The notes beneath the pieces were generated by a model, which saw only the letters and a program-made list of their open reading frames with translations, searched no databases and had not been told where the DNA came from. A stretch of 64,000 nucleotides of DNA from Rikenella microfusus (GTDB taxonomy: Bacteria > Bacteroidota > Bacteroidia > Bacteroidales > VadinHA17), in NCBI GenBank assembly GCA_022736275.1, contig DZBJ01000005.1:456-64455 (forward strand). The letters run 5' to 3'. Position 1 is the first letter of the stretch. Each line of letters begins with the position of its first letter. Of the stretch, positions 56,947-64,000 are shown piece by piece. A program made the position numbers and the translations under genes.

Positions 56947-56995
56947 ATTTCAGATTGTCGATTTAATCGCACAAATCGTAAATCGCAAATTGGCA
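56947..56995 (+). repeat. Heptanucleotide array, 7 units (ATTGTCG/ATCGNAA words), ending 1 nt before the GH3-gene stop codon
   Basis: Units: atttcag attgtcg atttaat cgcacaa atcgtaa atcgcaa attggca. It shares attgtcg + atttaat + cg with the array at 47413, which has one extra unit (atttccg) between them. Confidence 0.85.
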
Positions 56996-56996
56996 A

Positions 56997-59972
56997 TCAT
57001 TCAATTATCGCATCATACGCAGCCTGCAGTATCTTCCCCCGTATCGAGAGATCAGAGAGCAGGCTGTTGTTGCGGGTAGGATAGACCCTGTTGCTGAGGA
57101 AGACATAGGAAATCTCTGCATCCGGATCTACCCATATGAAGGTTCCCGTAAAACCGGAGTGACCAAAACTCGCACGCGAAGCGGAACGGCACGGATAAGC
57201 CTCCTCCGGCGGTATTGTATCATTCCCGAGGAGGGGCTTGTCAAATCCCAGAGCCCTCCGGTTATTGTTCTCGGGGAACTGCACCCTGGTGTACTCGCTC
57301 AAAACCTCCGGACTCAGGACCCTCACGCCGCCATACTCACCTCCGCGGCGGTACATCTCAACCAGTTTAAGGAGGTCATTGCCCGTTGCAAAGAGACCTG
57401 CATGACCTGATACACCTCCCAGCATCGCAGTGCCTTCATCATGCACAGTTCCGCGCAGCATCTGCTTGCGGAACAGTGAGTCATATTCTGTCGGTACAAT
57501 CCGCTCCCTGGGATACTTTTCAAGGGGATTGTAGGTGATATTGAATGCCCCGATGGGACGGTAGATGTTGGCTGGCGCAAATTTATCAATGGTCGTGTCC
57601 GTCAGGCTCTCGATGATCTCCGCTGCAAGGATGAATGTGAGGTCGGAATAGACATAAACCTCCGGTCCTTTGGGACTGTCTCGTATCTCCCGGAACATAT
57701 CCTTGAGATAATGCCTGTTCATGTAGAGTGAGTCGGAGACCTGGAGGGCAAACCGCCTGTTGCTTTCATCACTGAATATACCTCTCCGGAATGTGGTGTC
57801 TCCATCCAGAGTGTTGCGCCAGAAGGGTATCCATGACCGCAACCCGGACTGATGCGCCAGCATTTTGCGCAGTACCAGGTCACCCTTGTCGGAGAACCGG
57901 AACCATGGCAGATACTCACCCAGGGTCTTGTCGGGATCGAAAAGTCCGCGGTCATTGAGCAGCATCAGCGACGGTGTGGCAGCTGATACCTTCGTGACCG
58001 AGGCCAGATCCCACAGGTCGTGTTCCTTAACCGCCTCAGTGCTGTCATAGAGGTGAAAGCCGTAACATTTGTTCAGTACGACAACCCCCTTGCGGGCAAT
58101 AAGCACCTGGCAGCCCGGAAAGGCAAGCGTGTCGAGCCCCTTCTGAACGATTGAGTCAACCTTGCTCATCAGTCTTTCAGACGAGAGTCCTGCATTCTCA
58201 GGGAATCCGAACTGCAGCCTGATTCCGCCGGGCGTCTTGATCCCATAGCCTTCAGGATAAGCGGCATTGACGGTGACCGGCAGCCGTCCGCTGGCACCAA
58301 GGGCCCCGAAGAGCACCTGCACTGCCGTCTGATGAGTGTAACTGTTATCCTGGTAGGCAACGAGCAGGGATGTGGGTCTGACACCCAGGTCGAGTCTCGC
58401 AATGCCGTAAGGATTGCCGAACCAGATGACGGCAGAGCGGTTAAGTTCTGCTATCTGCCGCATGACACTGAGAAGTTGCGGCGTCACCCCGTAGGCCTCT
58501 GCAGGCTTCTGTTCCAGGGCACAGATACCGGCAATGACTACATCATAGTCTTTCAGCTTCGAGAGTACAAACTGTGCGCCCTGCTCATTCCCGGGATCAA
58601 TGAAGTAATGATCAGCGTTGGCGTACCTGTCGGTCATCCTCTGAAACTCCGTCATCGCAAGACGGTTGACGGCAACAGTGGCGATCCTGATTTTGTCAAT
58701 GCGCCCCAGCGGCACAAGATTTTCATTGTTTTCAATCAGGGTCATGGCACCGGCATACAGATCCCTGATGAGCGCGGGATGAGATGACGCCGGGATATCA
58801 CCCCTGTCAGGCGTGCCTGACAGCGAGTCCGAAGCCTCCCCGGGATCACTCTCCAGCCACATCTTTGCCGCAAGCAGCTTGCGGCATCTCGTCATAATCT
58901 CAGATACCGCTATCTCACCTTTCTCCACCCTTCTGGCTATCTCGTCAATGGCACGCAGCGGGTCGGTGGAATATTCGATTATATCGTTTCCGGCGATGAG
59001 TGCCTCGGCGTCGGCAATACCTGACGGGTATGTCAGTGTGGCACCGGCCATGTTCATGGCATCGGTAAGGATGAGCCCGCTGAAGCCTGACTCTTCCCTG
59101 AGTACCCCGCTGATTACCTTTCGTGAGAAGGTAGCCGGAAGACGTGGCCTGGCATCCAGTCCCGGAACATTGATGTGTGCTGTCATGATTGAACCGACAC
59201 CCTCATCAATCAGTCTCCTGAATGGTACCAGCTCAACCGCGTCAAACCGCTTACGGTCGCCTCTGATAACAGGTAGCCCGGTGTGCGAATCGACATCCGT
59301 GTCTCCGTGGCCGGGGAAATGCTTTGCACAGGCCATGATGCCGTTGTCCTGGAGCCCTTTCATGTACATGACCGCCTTTGAGGCAACCTTCAGGGGATCT
59401 TCCCCGAAAGACCTGTAATTGATAACCGGATTCAGCGGGTTGTTATTTACATCAGCCACAGGAGCCAGGTTGACATTGACGCCTAGGTCACGGCACTGCC
59501 ATGCCACAGCTGCTCCCATACGGTAAATGAGAGAGTCATCCTGAAGTGCGCCCATTGTCATCTGGTAGGGGAAATCCTCAATCTCGCTGAGCCTCATGCC
59601 TGTACCCCATTCAGCATCCTGTGCTATGATGAGAGGAATCTTTGAGACCTTCCTGATGTGTTCAGTGAAATCGACCTGCCTGTCGCGTGAACCTTCAAAA
59701 AAGATCACTCCGCCTATCCCGTGCTTTGTAACAAGCTCTTCCACCTGCCTGAAGTTGTCACTCTTTTCTGAAGCCCAGGCAGGCACCCAGATCAGCTGTG
59801 CAATCATCTCTCTTATTGTCAGAGTGTTGAGAAGGCTGTCAACCTGTGGGTCGGCAATATACATTTGCCAGGGCAGATTGCCTGCAGGATACTGAGCCCC
59901 TGCCGGAGTATGAAAAGAGAGAGCCATCATCATAAGAATGGGAAACAATAGTTTTTTCACTGAGTGCATCAT
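56997..59972 (-). CDS. Periplasmic fusion protein: GH3 beta-N-acetylhexosaminidase (NagZ-like) + serine hydrolase/beta-lactamase-fold domain
   Basis: The start at ATG 59972 gives a signal peptide (LFPILMMMALSFHTPAGAQ). GH3 block: KHFPGHGDTDVDSH. The C-terminal half has the SxxK motif (LASVTKV) of the class C beta-lactamase/PBP fold. Confidence 0.85.
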   Translation of the reverse strand: MMHSVKKLLFPILMMMALSFHTPAGAQYPAGNLPWQMYIADPQVDSLLNTLTIREMIAQLIWVPAWASEKSDNFRQVEELVTKHGIGGVIFFEGSRDRQVDFTEHIRKVSKIPLIIAQDAEWGTGMRLSEIEDFPYQMTMGALQDDSLIYRMGAAVAWQCRDLGVNVNLAPVADVNNNPLNPVINYRSFGEDPLKVASKAVMYMKGLQDNGIMACAKHFPGHGDTDVDSHTGLPVIRGDRKRFDAVELVPFRRLIDEGVGSIMTAHINVPGLDARPRLPATFSRKVISGVLREESGFSGLILTDAMNMAGATLTYPSGIADAEALIAGNDIIEYSTDPLRAIDEIARRVEKGEIAVSEIMTRCRKLLAAKMWLESDPGEASDSLSGTPDRGDIPASSHPALIRDLYAGAMTLIENNENLVPLGRIDKIRIATVAVNRLAMTEFQRMTDRYANADHYFIDPGNEQGAQFVLSKLKDYDVVIAGICALEQKPAEAYGVTPQLLSVMRQIAELNRSAVIWFGNPYGIARLDLGVRPTSLLVAYQDNSYTHQTAVQVLFGALGASGRLPVTVNAAYPEGYGIKTPGGIRLQFGFPENAGLSSERLMSKVDSIVQKGLDTLAFPGCQVLIARKGVVVLNKCYGFHLYDSTEAVKEHDLWDLASVTKVSAATPSLMLLNDRGLFDPDKTLGEYLPWFRFSDKGDLVLRKMLAHQSGLRSWIPFWRNTLDGDTTFRRGIFSDESNRRFALQVSDSLYMNRHYLKDMFREIRDSPKGPEVYVYSDLTFILAAEIIESLTDTTIDKFAPANIYRPIGAFNITYNPLEKYPRERIVPTEYDSLFRKQMLRGTVHDEGTAMLGGVSGHAGLFATGNDLLKLVEMYRRGGEYGGVRVLSPEVLSEYTRVQFPENNNRRALGFDKPLLGNDTIPPEEAYPCRSASRASFGHSGFTGTFIWVDPDAEISYVFLSNRVYPTRNNSLLSDLSIRGKILQAAYDAIIE

Positions 59973-60067
59973 TTTGGAATGAATCAAAGATAGCACTTTT
60001 CTTTTTTGTAAATTCGACCTGCTGATTACTTCCAAATTGTTATTTTTACCAAGTTAAAAAACCGAAT

Positions 60068-61198
60068 ATGGCAGCATCAAAGAGTTCCGGCAAGAGTGCC
60101 GGCAGCAAGTCAGCGCGTCTCATGTCACTTGATGTATTCAGGGGTATGACGGTGGTGTTCATGATTATTGTCAACACTCCGGGTACCTGGAGTCATGTGT
60201 TTCCTCCTCTCAGACATGCCGCGTGGCATGGCTGTACACCCACAGACCTTGTCTTTCCATCATTTCTTTTTATCTCGGGAGTGGCAATGTGGTACTCCCT
60301 CCGCAAATTCAACTTCGAGTTTTCCGCTGCCTCACTTTTCCGGATACTGAGGAGGGTTACCCTGATTTTCGCAGTCGGCTTGTTCCTGACCATCTTTCCG
60401 CGCTTTGCCCGCGACTACGACACCCTCCGTATAATGGGCGTGCTGCAGAGGATAGCACTGGCCTGGGGCCTGGGAGCAATACTGGTGCTGCTGATAAAAA
60501 AGAATTATATCTGGATAGCGACGGCCGTGCTGCTCTTTGGCTACTGGGCACTGATGTATTTTCTGGGAGGGAGCGACCCTTATTCACTGGAGGGTAATTA
60601 TGCCCGGACAGTAGACCTGGCCATAATAGGTGAGAACCATCTCTACCAGGGCTTCGGGATTCCATTCGATCCGGAGGGCCTGCTCAGTACACTGCCCGCC
60701 ACGGCAACCGTACTGCTTGGCTTTATGGTTGGTAACCTGATAACCAAAATGGGCACAACATGGAAGACAGTAGGATTGCTGGCCATCGCAGGGGTTGTGC
60801 TCATCGGCGCCGGACTGCTCTGGGGCGAGGTCTTCCCGATAAACAAACCCATCTGGACGAGTTCATATGTCCTCTATGCAGGAGGAATAGGAATGGTGAT
60901 ACTGGCACTGCTCTTCATGATTGTTGATATCTGGAACCTCAGGGTATGGACAGGATTCTTCAATACCTTCGGCACAAATGCCCTCTTTACTTACGTGCTT
61001 GCCGGTATGTTTACCAAAACCCTGCTGGCAATCAAGATAGGAGAGGTCTCACTCTATAACTGGATCTTCACGCATATCTGCAGCCCGCTTTTCGAGGAAC
61101 AGAAGTTGGCAAGCCTCATGTTTCCTATTATGCTTGTCACTGTTGTATGGGGTCTTGGATACATCCTGTACCGCAGGAAAATAATCATCCGGCTCTGA
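60068..61198 (+). CDS. DUF5009/DUF1624 membrane protein (HGSNAT-like acyltransferase family)
   Basis: 376 aa, polytopic. SLDVFRGMTVVFMIIVNTPGTW...HAAWHGCTPTDLVFPSFLF is the family N-terminal signature. Confidence 0.75.
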   Translation: MAASKSSGKSAGSKSARLMSLDVFRGMTVVFMIIVNTPGTWSHVFPPLRHAAWHGCTPTDLVFPSFLFISGVAMWYSLRKFNFEFSAASLFRILRRVTLIFAVGLFLTIFPRFARDYDTLRIMGVLQRIALAWGLGAILVLLIKKNYIWIATAVLLFGYWALMYFLGGSDPYSLEGNYARTVDLAIIGENHLYQGFGIPFDPEGLLSTLPATATVLLGFMVGNLITKMGTTWKTVGLLAIAGVVLIGAGLLWGEVFPINKPIWTSSYVLYAGGIGMVILALLFMIVDIWNLRVWTGFFNTFGTNALFTYVLAGMFTKTLLAIKIGEVSLYNWIFTHICSPLFEEQKLASLMFPIMLVTVVWGLGYILYRRKIIIRL

Positions 61199-61199
61199 A

Positions 61200-62618
61200 A
61201 TGGACGTCAGGACTACAGTTGAGAATGCCTTCCTGAAATGGAAAGGTTCGGCACCAGAGATGATTACCCGCCTTCCGCAGTCGGGATCAGACAGGGTTTA
61301 CTTCAGACTCATCTATCCTGAGGGCCAGGTCATCGGGGCCTACAATCCCAGCCGCGAGGAGAATGATGCCTTTGTTGGTTTCTCAAACCACTTCAGATCG
61401 AAGCAGCTGCCCGTACCGGAAATATATGTCTATTATCCTGATGAAAAGGTATATTTCCTTGAAGACCTGGGCGATATTAATCTCTTCACCTGGCTCGCCA
61501 GGCGCTCCGACGAAGAGAGATTCAATGAGGAGACAGAGACTCTCTTCTTGACTATTGCTGCTGACCTGGTAAGAATCCAGACAGAAGGCATTGTGGGACT
61601 GGATCTTTCACTCTGTTATCCCCACCGCAGTTTTGACCGTCAGAGCATAGTGTGGGACATGAACTATTACAAGTACATGTTCCTGAAATTGATAGCTGCT
61701 CCGTTCAATGAGACCAGGCTTGAGCGCGATTTTGATTCGCTGACCCGTTTCCTGCTTGATGCAGGCCAGGATTATTTCCTCTACCGCGATTTTCAGACGG
61801 CCAATATCATGCTGAAGGATGGTAAACCGTGGTACATAGATTACCAGGGTGGCAGGCTTGGTGCTCCGCATTATGACATTGCCTCACTTGTCTATGATGC
61901 CAAGGCCTATATACCTGAAGGCATAAGACAGAAAACTCTTGACCGCCACCTCAACCTGTTCGCCTCTGCGACCGGAAAATCAAGAGAGTCTCTGCAGCAA
62001 TACTCGGGAGCATTCACGCTCATCAGGCTCATGCAGGCACTTGGAGCCTTTGGCTTCAGAGGATTGCATGAGAACAAACCCACATTCACTGAGAGCATCG
62101 TTCCGGCCGTTGAGCTGATGAATGAACTCCTGTCCGGCTCTGCCCTGCAGATTGATCTTCCCGCACTGAAGAAAGCTTCGGAGGCGGTGCCCCTGCAACG
62201 TAAATACCGTATTCTGTCGCACTACCAGGACCTTATGAGGATTAATCTGGAGAGCTTCTCATATGTCAGGGGGAAGACAATCAATTACGATAGCGGCAGT
62301 GGCTTTGTCTTCGACTGCAGGGGCCTGCGCAATCCAGCCACCGTGACCGAACTCAGCGACCTCACCGGCCTTGACTCTGAGGTGATCGAGTTCTATGGGA
62401 ATGATGATGAGGCCGTTGCCTTCGTGGGCGATTGCACGAACATCATACGCAACTCCCTGCCTATGATGAGAAGAAAAGCTATACTTGAAATAAGCGTTGC
62501 CTTCGGGTGCGTTGGCGGACGCCATCGTTCCGTCTGGTGCGCAGTCAGGGTAGCCTCAATGCTTCAGTCAATGCCCGGAGTAATAGTGACAGTCACCCAT
62601 ACGGCTCTGGAAAGATGA
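61200..62618 (+). CDS. AmgK-like anomeric amino-sugar kinase (APH fold) fused to a RapZ/YvcJ C-terminal domain
   Basis: The N-terminal roughly 345 aa carry YRDFQTANIM and WYIDYQGGRLGAPHYDIASL blocks, as in AmgK. The C-terminal 127 aa (nt 62235-62615) carry GFVFDCRGLRNP...LTGLD...ISVAFGCVGGRHRSV, matching the RapZ C-terminal signature (FDVRFLPNP...TGLD...AIGCTGGKHRSV). Confidence 0.75.
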   Translation: MDVRTTVENAFLKWKGSAPEMITRLPQSGSDRVYFRLIYPEGQVIGAYNPSREENDAFVGFSNHFRSKQLPVPEIYVYYPDEKVYFLEDLGDINLFTWLARRSDEERFNEETETLFLTIAADLVRIQTEGIVGLDLSLCYPHRSFDRQSIVWDMNYYKYMFLKLIAAPFNETRLERDFDSLTRFLLDAGQDYFLYRDFQTANIMLKDGKPWYIDYQGGRLGAPHYDIASLVYDAKAYIPEGIRQKTLDRHLNLFASATGKSRESLQQYSGAFTLIRLMQALGAFGFRGLHENKPTFTESIVPAVELMNELLSGSALQIDLPALKKASEAVPLQRKYRILSHYQDLMRINLESFSYVRGKTINYDSGSGFVFDCRGLRNPATVTELSDLTGLDSEVIEFYGNDDEAVAFVGDCTNIIRNSLPMMRRKAILEISVAFGCVGGRHRSVWCAVRVASMLQSMPGVIVTVTHTALER

Positions 62619-63337
62619 AGGCTATGATCTTTGCTGCCGGTCTCGGCACAAGACTCGGCGAAATAAGCAGGGAAAAGCCGAAAGCACTGGTAGATGTAAA
62701 CGGAAAGACAGCCCTCCGACTGACAGCTGAAAAGCTTGGCGCAGCAGGTTTTGATGATCTGATAGTTAACATCCATCATCACCCTGCCCTGATGAAAGAG
62801 GAGATAGAAAGACTCCGCAGCGACGGATTCCGTATCACAATCTCGGATGAAACTGCCGGGCTCCTCAATACCGGAGGAGGTCTTGTGAATGCGCGCCACT
62901 TTTTTGCCGCTGAACCGTTCGTTTGCTATAACGTTGATATATTCACTGATTTAAATATCAGTGACCTGTACAGGAAACACATTGACTCCGGAGCACTGGC
63001 AACCCTGGCCGTAAGACACAGACCCGGCAACAGGTTCTTCCTGGTTGACAAAGCCGGCAGAGTAAGGGGCTGGAGAAACATTGCGACAAAGGAAGAGATA
63101 ATCACCGTCAACAGCAGCAAGGGGCTCGAAGAGATAGCCTTTTCAGGTATACATGTACTCTCCCCGGAAATTCTTGAGATGATGCCTGAAGGCATCTATA
63201 CTATGACATCAATCTACCTGTTGCTTGCCGGAAAACACAGGTTAATGACATACCTGCATGATGATGGATACTGGTTCGACTGCGGCACACCGCAAAACCT
63301 GGAAAAGATAAGGCTGCACCTGAATAAGCAGGTCTGA
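62615..63337 (+). CDS. MurU-like sugar-1-phosphate nucleotidyltransferase
   Basis: The start at ATG 62615 overlaps the upstream stop (ATGA). The N-terminus MKAMIFAAGLGTRLG...KPKALV is the nucleotidyltransferase G-loop and is very similar to Pseudomonas MurU. Confidence 0.8.
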   Translation: MKAMIFAAGLGTRLGEISREKPKALVDVNGKTALRLTAEKLGAAGFDDLIVNIHHHPALMKEEIERLRSDGFRITISDETAGLLNTGGGLVNARHFFAAEPFVCYNVDIFTDLNISDLYRKHIDSGALATLAVRHRPGNRFFLVDKAGRVRGWRNIATKEEIITVNSSKGLEEIAFSGIHVLSPEILEMMPEGIYTMTSIYLLLAGKHRLMTYLHDDGYWFDCGTPQNLEKIRLHLNKQV

Positions 63338-63440
63338 AAGAGTTTTTGCCGGGGCAGGAGAGAAGTCAGGCTTCAGTAACAGTTCACATCATCTGCCGAT
63401 GTTCATGCTTGTAGTTGCAGGTATGATCATCAGGCAACGG

Positions 63441-64000
63441 CTACATCCATTTCTTGCGCCTGAGCAGCAGTACCACCAGAAATGATATGATAAACGAACC
63501 TCCAAGGATGAGCCAGAATGCTATCTGGTTGTTTTCAAGCATATTGGGAACATTCATGCCGTAAAAACTTGCTACCAGCGTCGGGACCATCAGGATGATC
63601 GTAATGATGGTCAGCGACTTCATCACGATGCTGAGGTTATTGGAAATGACTGAAGCAAAGGCATCCATCATTCCGCTCTGGATATCACTGTATATCTTTG
63701 CCATCTCAATCGCCTGCCTGTTTTCGATCGTGGCCTCCTCGAGCAGATCTGACGAAAACTCGTAGTCACGTATCCACTTCGAGTTCTTGAGCTTGAGCAT
63801 CATCATCTCATTCGAGCGAAGTGAAGTGGTGAAATAGACCAGGCATTTCTCCATCTTGAGCAGCCTGTGCAACTCCTGGTTTCGGGTCGATTTCTCAAGG
63901 TCCTGCTCAATCATCGCAGTCTGGTTGTTGATCTGCTTCAGATACCTGTGGTAAAACATCGTGGTCCTCAGGAAGAGATGGAGGATCAGGTCGATCTTGG
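63441..64000 (-). CDS. corA: CorA-family magnesium transporter, partial (N-terminus beyond the window)
   Basis: The C-terminal part has the YGMNVPN (GMN) motif and two TM helices. The reading frame stays open to position 64000. Confidence 0.85.
   Translation of the reverse strand, partial: KIDLILHLFLRTTMFYHRYLKQINNQTAMIEQDLEKSTRNQELHRLLKMEKCLVYFTTSLRSNEMMMLKLKNSKWIRDYEFSSDLLEEATIENRQAIEMAKIYSDIQSGMMDAFASVISNNLSIVMKSLTIITIILMVPTLVASFYGMNVPNMLENNQIAFWLILGGSFIISFLVVLLLRRKKWM

Noticed and set aside
1-64000. Whether the window is a defence island, prophage, integrative element or biosynthetic cluster.
   Set aside because: Apart from one truncated IS3 fragment there are no integrases, phage structural genes, restriction/Abi/TA-like genes, cas genes or biosynthetic enzymes. 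The gene content is core housekeeping with conserved operons.

Overview
This is a 64-kb chromosomal window from a Bacteroidota-type genome. I infer the phylum from exact TAnnTTTG -7 promoter boxes in front of many genes, an rseC-rnfBCDGEA operon, DUF5063/DUF4097/DUF5009-type proteins and a GH3/serine-hydrolase fusion. The window is densely coding (about 55 CDS and 2 tRNA-Leu) and mostly housekeeping. It holds rseC-rnfBCDGEA, recG, a guaB/PPIase/SurA-like/OstA-like envelope operon, recQ, tex, mutS2, thrS-infC-rpmI-rplT, lysC-lysA, trmD, rocD, lepB and several peptidases. It also has an ECF sigma/anti-sigma/DUF4097 module and a peptidoglycan (MurNAc) salvage locus: a GH3-serine hydrolase gene divergent from DUF5009, an AmgK-like kinase fused to a RapZ C-terminal domain, and a MurU-like gene. 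A truncated IS3 transposase sits at the left edge. I found no CRISPR array, prophage, toxin-antitoxin pair or defence-like protein cluster, so I cannot point to a novel multi-gene protein system. The most unusual signal is non-coding. At least ten intergenic or 3'-flank arrays are built from degenerate 7-nt units held in strict phase (words such as CAGTCNN, GGCAATA, ATTGTCG/ATCGNAA, GACTTTT, CCCTGAG, GCACAGA, CCGGNNA). Two of these loci carry a homologous composite element of about 140 nt with GTA-triloop hairpins whose stems change in a compensatory way. The next most interesting items are the AmgK/RapZ-C fusion, a non-AUG infC start and a possible in-frame 66-nt insertion in a methyltransferase gene. 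All functional calls come from reading translations and motifs by eye; no database or folding computation was possible.
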